This document shows positions 30,936 through 41,599 of a stretch of DNA of 64,000 nucleotides, in pieces. Origin of the DNA: an uncultured Chloroflexia bacterium (GTDB lineage: Bacteria; Chloroflexota; Chloroflexia; QHBQ01; JADMIH01); contig CAWCNY010000006.1 in the NCBI GenBank assembly GCA_963797095.1, positions 800,001 to 864,000 of the forward strand, given 5' to 3'. The notes beneath the pieces are model-generated. The model worked only from the letters and a program-made list of their open reading frames with translations. It made no database searches and was not told the DNA's origin. The stretch's first letter is position 1. Each line of letters begins with the position of its first letter. A program made the position numbers and the translations under genes.

Positions 30936-31268
30936 ATGCCGTCAATAGTTCGCTGGTCTGAATATATTCTAGGTACGAAGACCCAGGTAGTACGAAGCGG
31001 TCCGATCTACGTACGAACCGAGCGTGGGATCCAAACCTTGATAGGAGAAGCGACCTCCCATGAAGTAGGCGCGCCCGGCGGTCTGAGATTCGCAGCCGTG
31101 CGCCCTCGTATTGTTCACCTGATAGAAGATATGGGTGTGCGTAGCGCGCCAATAACGGGCGGTATAGGAAAAGGCGCTTTGATTATGCTGCTGGGCCTGT
31201 TATGGATGCCTTTGCAGTACTTGCGGATTTCCAGGAGGTTGAATCATGGGCAGAAACGGGAACGATAA
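30936..31268 (+). CDS. Hypothetical membrane protein
   Basis: C-terminal TM helix; overlaps the start of the YtfJ-like gene. Confidence 0.5.
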   Translation: MPSIVRWSEYILGTKTQVVRSGPIYVRTERGIQTLIGEATSHEVGAPGGLRFAAVRPRIVHLIEDMGVRSAPITGGIGKGALIMLLGLLWMPLQYLRISRRLNHGQKRER

Positions 31269-31689
31269 CGGCCATAGCTTGCCCAGGCTGCCGTTCGAAG
31301 ATGAAGAGGACGCTGTTTTCGACCTCACAGACGATATACCGTTTGCTGAGATTGACGATATACCCCTGACTGGTGGTCCTGGTGTCATGAACAGCACCCC
31401 GGAGGTCGAAGCCGCCACAGCGCACGTGTCGGCGGTATTTGGAGAGCCTCTGGTTGTAGGCGACAAAACTATCATCCCGGTTGCCAGCGTTCGCCGTGTC
31501 TTTGGTTTTCGCGGTGGGTGGACATCTGCTGCGCCTGTGGCCGTTATCGAGGTCGGTGAGGACGGGGTCAATATTAGGTCATTGAACACGCCGGTCTTGA
31601 TACCGCTGGCCGGGATTCTACTTGTCGCGTGGAATGTCTACTGGGTGATGCGCATGATCCGCGACGGGCGTGCTAAGCGCTCGGAATAA
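31246..31689 (+). CDS. GerW/YtfJ-like protein with a C-terminal TM helix
   Basis: VFGEP..VGDKTIIPVA.V..FG.GG and PVAVIEV..GV motifs; GGAGG RBS. Confidence 0.7.
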   Translation: MGRNGNDNGHSLPRLPFEDEEDAVFDLTDDIPFAEIDDIPLTGGPGVMNSTPEVEAATAHVSAVFGEPLVVGDKTIIPVASVRRVFGFRGGWTSAAPVAVIEVGEDGVNIRSLNTPVLIPLAGILLVAWNVYWVMRMIRDGRAKRSE

Positions 31690-31727
31690 AAGTATTCCAA
31701 GCAATGAAGTTTGCCGGACATCCTTAG

Positions 31728-33202
31728 CTCGACTTTGTACATTACCAACTCAATAGCAAACCGCGTAGGCCAGTCTCTCCACGTGTGAGCGTGGGACTAA
31801 ACAGACATCAGGGTCTGTGGGGGCTGTCTGAAAAGTGAAGTTGCCCCACAAGTGCCGTCTGACTTGTGCCAGCACGTCCGAGAAGGTAGCCTCCCTCTTT
31901 TGGTACCAGGCAGTGCGCTGCACAGGCACTTTTCCGTCTGGGTGTAGAGCCTTTCCAAACAGAGCCACCAGGCTGAACATGCCAAGCAAGCAGGGTGTGC
32001 TACGCTCAATCGCCAGGTCTGACCATTGTCGCTGGGTTTCCACTCCCAGGTGTGCTCGGCTCTCCTCAAACGTCACCTCGATAGTCCACCGCTTGATGAA
32101 CCGGCTCACCACCTCCACTGCCTGCAAGCTCTGGTCAGTGCACAAGTAGGCTCGCGGTTCTCTGTTGCCTTGAGGGTCACGGGTGAGCACCCACCTGATT
32201 GGCAACACCGCAGAGCCAATCCGATACCATACGCACGTGCCGCTTGCCACTTCAAGTTCTTGCTCCGATCCGTCATACCACCTTACCTTTATCTTCACCC
32301 ACTCCGTGTTGGGGTCTGAGAGTACCTGGCTCAGTTTGGGCAAGGCTGCTCCTTTCACTCTCGGCCTGCCCATTGTGCCCGGTTTGCGAGGTGGCGCAGG
32401 TTCATACAAGGCGCATTCCCAACGCATTGGCGCTACAAGCGTGATCTGGTGCTTGACACAGCACAACCCCAATTCCAAGATCGAATAGGCAGTGTCGCCA
32501 ACCAACGAAACAGATATGTCTGGTAGCCAGCGCCTTACCATCATCACCATCTGCTGGGCTATCTCTCCTACCGTCTTGTGCGCCTTACCCAATTGCTCAC
32601 TTACTTTAGGTGTGGTGGCCAGCACTGAGAAGAAAGGAAGCGCCCATGCCCTGCTTGACCAGGGTACTTGCACTACCAGCATCATTACCACCCAACGCAA
32701 CCCACTTGTACTGACCGACTGCTCTTTGCTCGATTGCACCGAGTTCGGTAATGGCCGCGCTTGGAGATTTTGCGGCCCCATCTTCTTTCCAGCGTCTCGT
32801 CAATAGCAATCTCGACGGTTGCACCTGCCGCAACAAACGTATTGACCAGCAATTGGAGAAGGAGCCGGCTCAACATTAGGCAAGACCAGCTTGCACGGTT
32901 GAGCACCTGATGAAACAGGGTAAAGTCCTCACCATGTTGCAAGCCCATCTGCTTGAGGGCTGCCGTCACGGTCCGACGGCCTCTTGCCAGGATTGTGCCA
33001 ACCACCAGCACGAGCGCTTTGTCCCAGGTTGGACGGGTGAAAGCTGGCCTGAAATGGAGCAGCACCTGTATAATCGGGTTGGGTAGGGACATCGCTTCTC
33101 TCCTTGTCGCAGATGGTGTTGTGGTAGACTTCCATCTTACAACAAAGGGTCTGCGGGTCCCTTTACCCGTTTTCACCTCCTTTCATTTTGTACAAAGTCG
33201 AG
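31728..33202 (-). mobile_element. IS701-like insertion sequence, 1475 bp, with 14-bp perfect TIRs and a 5-bp target duplication
   Basis: TIRs CTCGACTTTGTACA (31728-31741) and TGTACAAAGTCGAG (33189-33202); CTTAG at 31723-31727 and 33203-33207. Confidence 0.9.
31750..33092 (-). pseudogene. DDE transposase (IS701-like), frameshifted near 32745
   Basis: IDETLERRWG in the first frame; VGDTAY and RWTIEVTFEE in the second. One added base restores GHYR-DSVQSS. Confidence 0.85.
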
Positions 33203-33203
33203 C

Positions 33204-34241
33204 TTAGAATAGCTTGGGTTGCTCGGCCTCAACCTCTTCATTGCGCGACGGGTATTGCACTCCAATATGCTCATAAGCCCTGCGGGTAGCCACCCGTCCC
33301 CTGGGAGTGCGCGCCAGGAAGCCCAATTGAAGCAGGTATGGCTCATACACATCGGTGATGGCGTCGCTCTCCTCACTTATGGATGCCGCTATAGTGCCGA
33401 GCCCCACAGGGCCGCCATCGAACTTATCGATTATGGCGTGCAGCACGCGGCGGTCGGTCTCGTCCAGGCCGAGCATGTCGATCTCCAGCCTGCGGAGCGC
33501 CTCGTTAGCCACGTCCTGGGTGATTATGCCTTCGGCCCGTACCTGCGCGTAGTCGCGTACGCGCCTCAACAGGCGGTTTGCCACGCGAGGCGTGCCGCGA
33601 CTGCGACGGGCGATCTCGCTGGCCCCTTCTGACTCTATTACCACTCCCAGGATTGCCGCCGACCGCTTGATGATCTTCTCCATGGCACCCTGTGTGTAGT
33701 ATTCCAGGCGGAATGTGACGCCGAAGCGGTCGCGCAGAGGCGACGATAGCATGGCAAGCCGGGTGGTCGCGCCGATAATTGTGAATTGCGGCAGGTTGAG
33801 CCGCAACGAGCGTGCGCTCGGTCCCTTCCCGATCATCACGTCGAGCGCATAATCTTCCATCGCTGGATAGAGCACTTCCTCAACCGCCCGGTTGAGGCGA
33901 TGGATCTCATCGATGAAAAGGATTTCGTTGGCTTTGAGATTGGTGAGGACGGATGCAAGGTCGCCCGGCCTTTCAATAGCAGGTCCGGAGGTTGTCTTGA
34001 TCGGCACGCCCATCTCGTTAGCGATCACGGAGCTTATTGTGGTCTTACCGAGGCCGGGAGGCCCGTAAAAGAGTAGGTGGTCGAGCACTTCTGAGCGCGC
34101 TTTGGCCGCCTCCAACATGATCTCGATGTGCTCTTTCAACTTTTCCTGGCCGATGTACTCGGCCAAACGCCTGGGGCGTAACGTCTGCTCTATCTCTTCT
34201 TCGTTCTGCTTGGTCTTGGCCGAAACAAGTCGCTCTACCAT
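33204..34241 (-). CDS. ruvB: Holliday junction branch-migration helicase RuvB
   Basis: [35 protein letters not shown] and RTPRGR motifs. Confidence 0.98.
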   Translation of the reverse strand: MVERLVSAKTKQNEEEIEQTLRPRRLAEYIGQEKLKEHIEIMLEAAKARSEVLDHLLFYGPPGLGKTTISSVIANEMGVPIKTTSGPAIERPGDLASVLTNLKANEILFIDEIHRLNRAVEEVLYPAMEDYALDVMIGKGPSARSLRLNLPQFTIIGATTRLAMLSSPLRDRFGVTFRLEYYTQGAMEKIIKRSAAILGVVIESEGASEIARRSRGTPRVANRLLRRVRDYAQVRAEGIITQDVANEALRRLEIDMLGLDETDRRVLHAIIDKFDGGPVGLGTIAASISEESDAITDVYEPYLLQLGFLARTPRGRVATRRAYEHIGVQYPSRNEEVEAEQPKLF

Positions 34242-34268
34242 CTCATTGTCCTCACAACTACAAGTTTA

Positions 34269-34280
34269 GAACATATTTGC
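34269..34280. promoter_or_regulatory. Possible LexA box upstream of ruvB
   Basis: GAAC-ATAT-TTGC, one perfect half site, 28 bp from the ruvB start. Confidence 0.4.
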
Positions 34281-34379
34281 TACATTATACCACATAATGA
34301 GCAAGTTGGATCACCTAATATGGGCTGTCTTTAGAAACGGTGTAACAGATAATCGAGATGATAGAGGTAATCTCCAGGA

Positions 34380-34805
34380 CTATCGGCCAGGCAAGGGCAC
34401 AATCCCGAAAAGCTTACGCCTTTGTTTGGGAGCTTCAACAGGATTGTCTGAGGCGGCAACCTGGCGGGCCTTCTCCTCAGCCAATTGAATATAATATTCC
34501 TTCTGGATGGTCAGCTCCTTCTCCCAGGTCGTCAAAGCGACCAAGGCCGCCACCGGGGCGGCCAGCGATTGCCATCTTCCCAGCTTGTTCCACTCTTCTC
34601 TGGCCCATTTGAATAGCTGGTAAAGCTGGATCGGATTGGAATTGGGATATGGCGGGACTGGGTAACCCAGCTTCTTGCCTGCTTTCTTGGCCTGGGCCAT
34701 CGCCTTGCGAGGCGGCAGTGGCAGGCCCTCAGGCTTTTGCAGGAGTTTCAATGCGTCAAGGCGCGATTTGCGCCGAAGCTCGATCACTTTGTTCTTTCTA
34801 GCCAT
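34380..34805 (-). CDS. Hypothetical basic protein
   Basis: GGAGG RBS; one weak hydrophobic segment. Confidence 0.6.
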   Translation of the reverse strand: MARKNKVIELRRKSRLDALKLLQKPEGLPLPPRKAMAQAKKAGKKLGYPVPPYPNSNPIQLYQLFKWAREEWNKLGRWQSLAAPVAALVALTTWEKELTIQKEYYIQLAEEKARQVAASDNPVEAPKQRRKLFGIVPLPGR

Positions 34806-34847
34806 TGTTCCTCCGGGTTAAATAGAGATCCCTCATAGACCTGCCCG

Positions 34848-35858
34848 TCAGGGCCCTTCCGTGAACTCCACATCTTCGTATCCCAGGCCCGTGATAAGAG
34901 TGCGCAAGACCTGCTTGGCATTCTCGGTGGCTTTGTCGAGGATGCCATCTTCCATCGCGGTGTTTAGTATCTCTTGCTGGGCTACACGCCTTATATCAGT
35001 TTCCAGGTTGGGATCGGGCTTGCTGAATATGCCCGTCTGGCGGTCATACACATAGGTCCTGTCGTTATCAAGGGTGCTGACCAGGATCTCGGCATCAGGC
35101 AGGTTGATCGTCACGGTATCGCTTACAACAGTCACATCTCCCGGCTTTAGCTTTGAGAGGTCAACACCTGCCGTCACTTCGCCGTGGGCCACCAGGAGGA
35201 TTTTGTCGCTTGTCAGAAAATCGGGGAGAGGGCCGCTGCTCTTGCCGCTTACCACCTTCTCAAGCTCGTAATGCACCGTTTCCAGCTTACTCAGGGCGCG
35301 CACCTGGTCTATAACGGTCGGGCTGCTGGTGTCGATTGTGACCGTGGGCGTGGTCACCAGACTGGGGAACGAAGGTATCAAGCCGCCAAGCTTCCCCAGG
35401 CCATCCAGCCCTTTCCCGAAGGTGAAGAACCCTAGCGCCGCGCACGACAGCAGCAGCAGAGAAAATGTAGTGGCGACGATTGCGCAGGCTGAAGGCCCTT
35501 TGTGTATGTGTGTTACCTGCTGTTGGGCGGCTGCAGCATCTGCTCCCTGGAGGCTCCGGTCACTGGAGGTTGCAAGCTCTTGCGATTGATGTAGTGTGGG
35601 TTCGGTGACACTCTCGGCGACCGCCGGGTGTCGTCCCGGTTCGGCAGGCACGCGCGTATAAAGGGTGCCGCTGCGCACCACCGGGCGTTCGATGAGCCAC
35701 TCGCCATCGTCGGAGGCGGGGGCGCTGCGGGCCTCCTCTCGTGGGCCACCATCGGGAAGGATGCGCACGGTATCGGGGCCGTCGCCCCAGTTGCCCGGCC
35801 TTGCTTTCTGTCTATCCATACCGTCTGCTTTACCAATATCTTCGTCCATCTCTCTCAA
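34848..35858 (-). CDS. DUF4230-domain membrane protein
   Basis: TM helix, then KLETV..., G.VTAGVDLS, LP.AEIL and GIL.KA..NA motifs. Confidence 0.8.
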   Translation of the reverse strand: MREMDEDIGKADGMDRQKARPGNWGDGPDTVRILPDGGPREEARSAPASDDGEWLIERPVVRSGTLYTRVPAEPGRHPAVAESVTEPTLHQSQELATSSDRSLQGADAAAAQQQVTHIHKGPSACAIVATTFSLLLLSCAALGFFTFGKGLDGLGKLGGLIPSFPSLVTTPTVTIDTSSPTVIDQVRALSKLETVHYELEKVVSGKSSGPLPDFLTSDKILLVAHGEVTAGVDLSKLKPGDVTVVSDTVTINLPDAEILVSTLDNDRTYVYDRQTGIFSKPDPNLETDIRRVAQQEILNTAMEDGILDKATENAKQVLRTLITGLGYEDVEFTEGP

Positions 35859-36054
35859 ACTCCAGTTATGGCACCCGTTCTACTCTCTGATTATACCACC
35901 CCATCTTGCCCATCTTGTGCCTGCTCGTCGTGCAAAGTTTGTAGGCTCGGAAAATGCTATGTTAGAATTAACCCGAACACAGGCACGACCTGCGCCACTA
36001 TCGTCTTCAGGGTGGCAGGCGTGTACTGGTAGAAACGCAAGATGGGAGATATTT

Positions 36055-37374
36055 TTGGCGACAGAGGCGCATGAGCTACAGAAGGTACACACGGACGAAG
36101 GAAGGCGCGAACCGCTAATACCGCGTTTCAGGGTGACGTCGCAGGAGCGTAACCGCCTGATCCTGGTTGGCCTCGCCGCCATCGTGTTGGGCTGGCTTCT
36201 GTACAACTCCTGGGATGCTCTAGGGCCTTTCATTATCGCGCTCGTGCTCGCCTACCTGATGGTTCCGTTGGTGGACCTCCTTTCGCGTTTCGTGTCCCGT
36301 ATCATTTCCATTTTCGCCGTCTATATCGCCTTCATCGCGGTGATCTGGGGCCTCATCGCCTGGATTACCCCTCTCGTTACCCACCAGGTCGGCGACCTTG
36401 TAGACGACATACCGATCTACCAGAAGCAGTTCGATGAGTGGTCTTCGCAGGCGACCCAGTGGTACAACAGCCTCCCGATCTCGCCCGAAGTGCGCCAATC
36501 GATAGAGAATGGCCTGCGCAACTCGATAGACGCTATAGGCTCCGCGATCCAGGGGGCTGCTGTTGGCTTGTTCCGCACCATCTCGCGGGCCATGGGCTTC
36601 ATCGTTGGGCTGTTCATCATACCGTTCTGGCTCTTCTACGTGCTGAAAGACAAGGACCGGGGGATTGCGGCCTTCAACAACATGCTCCCCATATCGTGGC
36701 GCGAGGATGTATGGCGTGTATTCAGGATCATAAACGGCGTCCTCAGTAGCTATATACGTGGGCAACTCTTCCTGGGTCTCGCGGTAGGGGTTGCCTCCAC
36801 TGTCGGCATGATTATCGTGGGCGCGCCTTTCCCGATAATCCTGGGGATCATTTCGGGCGTAACCGAGATCGTACCCGTGATCGGCCCCATCCTGGGCGCG
36901 ATCCCTGGCCTGATCCTGGCCGCGTTCCACCCCGAAGGGTGGGTGATGGTGCTCAAAGTGCTGGCGGTGTACGTGATCGTGCAGCAACTTGAGAACAACT
37001 TGCTCGTTCCAAAGATACAGGGCGATAGCGTCAAGCTGCACCCATCGATGATCATGGTTGCCCTGGTGGTGGGCAGCCAGGTGGGTGGGTTGTTCGGGCT
37101 GATCGTGGCGGTGCCGGTGGCCGCGATCCTGCGAGACATCTACCTCTATCTATACCGGCGGTTCACGGAAGGCTATACTGCATACGAGGCCGAAGCCAGC
37201 GTGCCCTCGCGCCAGGACGAGGGGTCGCCACCGGGCAAGGCCAAACTTCGGCTCGAGCTGGATAGAGAGGAGCGCATCCCAGGCATCCAGAGCGCCGATG
37301 AGATGATCGAGACTTTTGAGGAAACAAATCGGACGGCGACCACAAGTTCCGAATCAACCAAAAACCATAATTAG
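36055..37374 (+). CDS. AI-2E (PerM) family transporter
   Basis: YIRGQL, VPVIGP, QQLENNLLVPKI.G..V.LHP and AVP.AA motifs. Start is approximate. Confidence 0.9.
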   Translation: MATEAHELQKVHTDEGRREPLIPRFRVTSQERNRLILVGLAAIVLGWLLYNSWDALGPFIIALVLAYLMVPLVDLLSRFVSRIISIFAVYIAFIAVIWGLIAWITPLVTHQVGDLVDDIPIYQKQFDEWSSQATQWYNSLPISPEVRQSIENGLRNSIDAIGSAIQGAAVGLFRTISRAMGFIVGLFIIPFWLFYVLKDKDRGIAAFNNMLPISWREDVWRVFRIINGVLSSYIRGQLFLGLAVGVASTVGMIIVGAPFPIILGIISGVTEIVPVIGPILGAIPGLILAAFHPEGWVMVLKVLAVYVIVQQLENNLLVPKIQGDSVKLHPSMIMVALVVGSQVGGLFGLIVAVPVAAILRDIYLYLYRRFTEGYTAYEAEASVPSRQDEGSPPGKAKLRLELDREERIPGIQSADEMIETFEETNRTATTSSESTKNHN

Positions 37375-37430
37375 TGTACTAGCTAACAATCTCTCACTTA
37401 GCATCATCCAAAATCAGAAATCTACCCGAT

Positions 37431-38963
37431 ATGAGCCAGACAAGCAACAAACAATCCCCATCCAGCCCACCTAATGGCAAAGTGCCGCGATCAAATACGC
37501 GGCCCACCTACTCTCCCCCTCCCACCTACAGGGCGCGCCCTCCGGCCCCCACCTACCGGGCGAGGCCGGGCACCGGCCCTCAGCCGGTCCAGCGGTTCGA
37601 TCCGCAAACCGCCCTCCTTCGCGCCCGCTATCGCACCCAGGCGCGCCGCAACCGGATGCGCCTGATAGTGCTCACCATTGTCGGTATTATGGCTGTGAGT
37701 GGGATCGGCATCTATGCCTATGTATCAAATACCGTCGGCGTGCTCACGCAGGCTATCAGCAAGGTCTTCCAGACTCCCGTCCCACACCACGTAGACGCCA
37801 ATGGCAGCCCCGTGGTTGTGGAGTACCCACCGTGGGGAGAGCCGGTCAACATTCTGCTGATCGGCCTCGACTACCGTCCGGGGGATCAAGATACCCGCGC
37901 CGACACTCAAATAGTCGTGCACGTAGACCCCGTGTCGAAGAGCGCCGCTATGGTCGCAATCCCCCGCGACCTGTGGGTGCCTATACCTGGCTTCGGAGAG
38001 GGGAGAATAAACTCGGCGTACCAACTTGGCGAGAGCAACAAGGCGACCATAGAGGGCGGCGGCTCTGTGCTCGCCATGTCCACTATAGAGCAGAACCTGG
38101 GCATCAAAATACAGTATTACGCCAAGGTCGACTTCACCGGGTTCGAGAAGATCATCGATACTATGGGTGGGCTGACCCTCGATGTGCCGCGCCCGCTGGT
38201 GGACAACGATTATCCTCTCGGTAACTACGGAGTGACGCGCCTCTACATACCCGCTGGGCTGCAACACATGGACGGGCGTACTGCCCTCGCGTACGCCCGC
38301 TCAAGACACGCCGACAGCGACCTGGGGCGCAACTCGCGCCAGCAGCAAGTGCTGCTCGCTATCAAAGATCAAGGTCTCAACTTGAACCTGATCCCTAAAC
38401 TGAATGACCTGGCAGGCCAGTTGTCCGATGCGGTGGAGACCAATCTTTCGCTGACCCAGGTCGGCTCCCTCGCCACCCTGGCGAGGGAGATGGACCAGGA
38501 TTCGATCCAGACGGTCACGATCAGCGCCGATATGGTCACCGAAACGATCATACCTTCGACGGGGGCCGACGTCCTTATTCCCAACTGGGACCAGATCCGG
38601 CCTCTGATCTCGCAGGCGTTCGCGGACCCCGCGCTGGCTAAAGAAGCGGCCCGGCTGTCAGTTCAGAACGGCACCTCGGTGGGTGGGATCGGCAAGAAGG
38701 TACGCGACCTGCTGGTAGCCCAGGGCTTCTTCGTGCCCGACCTAAGCTCACGCCCGGGCGAGGAGCAGGGCACTTACCCTGTGTCCACCATCACCGATTA
38801 CACAGGCGGCAAGAAACCGCGCACCATCCAGGCCCTCTGTAGCGCCCTCGATATCGATTGTACTAAGGTCAAGCAGGGCGATCCCGCCGACGCACCTATT
38901 GCGCAGACCGACGGCAAGCCGGTTGACATAATGGTGATCGCCGGGGACGATAAGATAAAGTAG
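37431..38963 (+). CDS. LCP (LytR-CpsA-Psr) family protein with a LytR_C domain
   Basis: NILLIGLD, RADT, IPRD, ALAYARSRH, DLGRNSRQQ and V.NGT motifs. Confidence 0.92.
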   Translation: MSQTSNKQSPSSPPNGKVPRSNTRPTYSPPPTYRARPPAPTYRARPGTGPQPVQRFDPQTALLRARYRTQARRNRMRLIVLTIVGIMAVSGIGIYAYVSNTVGVLTQAISKVFQTPVPHHVDANGSPVVVEYPPWGEPVNILLIGLDYRPGDQDTRADTQIVVHVDPVSKSAAMVAIPRDLWVPIPGFGEGRINSAYQLGESNKATIEGGGSVLAMSTIEQNLGIKIQYYAKVDFTGFEKIIDTMGGLTLDVPRPLVDNDYPLGNYGVTRLYIPAGLQHMDGRTALAYARSRHADSDLGRNSRQQQVLLAIKDQGLNLNLIPKLNDLAGQLSDAVETNLSLTQVGSLATLAREMDQDSIQTVTISADMVTETIIPSTGADVLIPNWDQIRPLISQAFADPALAKEAARLSVQNGTSVGGIGKKVRDLLVAQGFFVPDLSSRPGEEQGTYPVSTITDYTGGKKPRTIQALCSALDIDCTKVKQGDPADAPIAQTDGKPVDIMVIAGDDKIK

Positions 38964-39056
38964 GGCGAGTGGACGATCATGATATAATAGGGTGGGGTAT
39001 GCTGTGTGGCGGGATGGCCGCACAAATCCGGCCCTATTCTTTCTATTTGCTGCGAA

Positions 39057-39989
39057 ATGACACTTCTCATCAATAACGTTGGTGCGCTCGATGGACAGGA
39101 GCGACCGCCTGTGGCTGAGTGGCGCATGATCGTGGGATACGATCTGCCGGGCGACTACCTCATGGCGTTGGACGAGAGTTTGCTCGACTCGGTAATCGCG
39201 GGTGGCGCGCCCGTCGTGCGATTCTACACCTGGCAACCCGCCACTCTTTCATTGGGAGTGAACCAGTCTTTGCGCGAGATCGATCCAGACGAATGTGCAA
39301 GGCGCGGATTTGGGTTGGTGCGCCGTCTCACAGGCGGGCGCGCCGTACTCCACCAGCACGAACTCACCTATTCGGTGATTGCTCGTGAGAACGACCCGCG
39401 AGTGTCAGGTGGGGTGATCGAGTCCTACAGGAAGATAAGCGCCGCATTGGTCGATGGCCTTCGGTCGCTTGGTGTGGATGTGTCGCTGGCCGAGCCGAGC
39501 AAGGCGCTGTTCCGGGCGATGGTGTCCGGTCGGCACTCGAACATCCGGGAACCGGCCGAAAGTGAGGGCGTTGACAGCGAAAGCAGCCACGGCGCTGTAT
39601 GCTTTGACGTGGCCTCAGCTTACGAGGTCACAGCAGGAGGTCGCAAGCTTGTAGGGAGTGCTCAGGCCCGGCGGGGAGGAGCGATACTTCAACACGGCTC
39701 TATACTGCTCGATATAGATTGGGATGCATGGGTGTCAGTTTTCGTCTATGCGACCCCGGCGGGCAAGGATCGTGCTTACTTGAAGTTACCCACCCGTATG
39801 ACTTCCATGCGCCATGAACTAGGCGGGCAGGTCAGCACTGACGAAGTGCAAGCCACTCTAATTCACAGTTTCGAGCATACGATGAACATCAACTTGTCAC
39901 CCACAACAGTGACTGCACACGAAGAATCAGAGGCCATCCGGCTGGCAACCGAGAAGTATGGAGCGGAAAGCTGGACAGGGAAAACGTAA
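39057..39989 (+). CDS. Lipoate-protein ligase / octanoyltransferase (LipM-like)
   Basis: MALDE, RFYTW, RRLTGGRAVLH, CF, RKLVGSAQ and LQHGSI motifs. Confidence 0.9.
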   Translation: MTLLINNVGALDGQERPPVAEWRMIVGYDLPGDYLMALDESLLDSVIAGGAPVVRFYTWQPATLSLGVNQSLREIDPDECARRGFGLVRRLTGGRAVLHQHELTYSVIARENDPRVSGGVIESYRKISAALVDGLRSLGVDVSLAEPSKALFRAMVSGRHSNIREPAESEGVDSESSHGAVCFDVASAYEVTAGGRKLVGSAQARRGGAILQHGSILLDIDWDAWVSVFVYATPAGKDRAYLKLPTRMTSMRHELGGQVSTDEVQATLIHSFEHTMNINLSPTTVTAHEESEAIRLATEKYGAESWTGKT

Positions 39990-40102
39990 TGAGGAGAAAA
40001 GGCAAAGGACCAATCACGCGATAAGTATCAGCCACTCGTCACTCGTCACCTTCCGTCCTTCGTCTATCGTCCCAAATACTTGAGTGAGGTATAACGAACA
40101 AC

Positions 40103-41539
40103 ATGCCAGAGAATAACACAGAATACGATATAGCGATCATCGGAGGTGGGCCGGGCGGCTATGTATCCGCCCTCTATGGCGGGCTGAAAGGCGCTCGCAT
40201 CGCCATCATCGAGAAGGATCGCCGTTTGGGCGGCACCTGCCTCCTGCGCGGCTGCATCCCTTCCAAAGCCATGGTAAAGACGGCGGAACTGATGCTTGAA
40301 ATGCGTCACCCTGAGAAATATGGCCTCAGCCTCAACGGCACCGTGGCTATCGATTGGGAGGGCACCGTCGCCCGCAAAGATAAAGTCGTGGATGGGTTAG
40401 TGAACGGCCTCAATGGTCTGATGAAAGCCCGCAAGGTGGATGTGATCACCGGGCACGGTACTATCATGAACCCTAATACCGTCGTGGTTGAGGGCCGCGA
40501 GGTGCACGCCCGCAACATCATCATTGCCACAGGCTCCGGCACTTTGCTTCCTACAGACTTTCCTGGCGGCAATCTTCCAGGCGTGATTACCTCTGACGAG
40601 ATTTTAGATGCCGATTTGACAATGAAGGCCCTCCCCACGATGCCTGAGAGCATCATTATCGTGGGCGGCGGGATCGTGGGCATGGAGTTTGCTTCTATTT
40701 TCAACGGTTATGGTGCTAAAGTGACCGTTGTGGTCACTTCACCTCGCATCCTGCGCCTGGTGGACGAAGAGATCGCCCGCAGGTTCTCGATGGTAGCCAA
40801 GAACCACGGGATCGAGATTATCACCCGCACAGACGTGGTGAATATCGCTGAGGGCGATGGCGGCAAGGGACTCAAAGTGACCCTCAAGAACGCCGATTCC
40901 GGCGCGGAAGATGTGCGCCCCGTGACTTACCTCCTGTACGCCAAAGGCCGCTACCCTTACACCGACAAGTTGGGCCTCGAAAACATAGGATTACAGACGA
41001 AGCGTGGCAACATCATCGTGGACGAGCGCATGATGACCTCGGTCGAGGGTGTGTACGCCATAGGTGATGTGGTGCCCGGACCTATGCTCGCGCACGTGGC
41101 ATTCTATGAGGGCGAGGTGGCGATAGACAATATCATGGGCCACTACCGGGCCGCTGACTACGGTGCTGTGCCCGATGTGATCTTCACCATACCTGAGATT
41201 GCATCGGTCGGTATGCAGGAGAGTGAGGCCAAAGAGCGCGGCATCCCTGTGAAGGTGACCAAGTTCCCGTTCGCTGCCCTGGGTCGCGCTCAGGCAATTG
41301 GCGAGCCTGATGGTCTTGTGAAGATGGTGTGCGATCCCGGTTCGGGTGTGATCCTGGGCATGCAAGTAATGGGCGCGCACGCCACCGACGTTATTGCTGA
41401 GTGCACGCTGGCTGTGCAGCAAGGGATCACCGCCGAGGAACTGGCGCACACGATCCATGCTCACCCGACCATGCCGGAAGCGGTTCAGGAGACCGCCTTC
41501 TCGCAGCTATTCGGCGCGCCCCTCCACGCCAACCGGTAA
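40103..41539 (+). CDS. lpdA: Dihydrolipoyl dehydrogenase
   Basis: GGGPGGY, GGTCLLRGCIPSK, GGGIVG.E, MLAH and HAHPT..E motifs. Confidence 0.95.
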   Translation: MPENNTEYDIAIIGGGPGGYVSALYGGLKGARIAIIEKDRRLGGTCLLRGCIPSKAMVKTAELMLEMRHPEKYGLSLNGTVAIDWEGTVARKDKVVDGLVNGLNGLMKARKVDVITGHGTIMNPNTVVVEGREVHARNIIIATGSGTLLPTDFPGGNLPGVITSDEILDADLTMKALPTMPESIIIVGGGIVGMEFASIFNGYGAKVTVVVTSPRILRLVDEEIARRFSMVAKNHGIEIITRTDVVNIAEGDGGKGLKVTLKNADSGAEDVRPVTYLLYAKGRYPYTDKLGLENIGLQTKRGNIIVDERMMTSVEGVYAIGDVVPGPMLAHVAFYEGEVAIDNIMGHYRAADYGAVPDVIFTIPEIASVGMQESEAKERGIPVKVTKFPFAALGRAQAIGEPDGLVKMVCDPGSGVILGMQVMGAHATDVIAECTLAVQQGITAEELAHTIHAHPTMPEAVQETAFSQLFGAPLHANR

Positions 41540-41551
41540 ATTAGAGTCGTG

Positions 41552-41588
41552 CGAACAAAATCGGGCGCGCCGCGCCCGATTTTGTTCG
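41552..41588. repeat. Perfect intergenic palindrome
   Basis: cgaacaaaatcgggcgcg-c-cgcgcccgattttgttcg, 18-bp arms. Confidence 0.8.
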
Positions 41589-41599
41589 GGAGATCTGGC

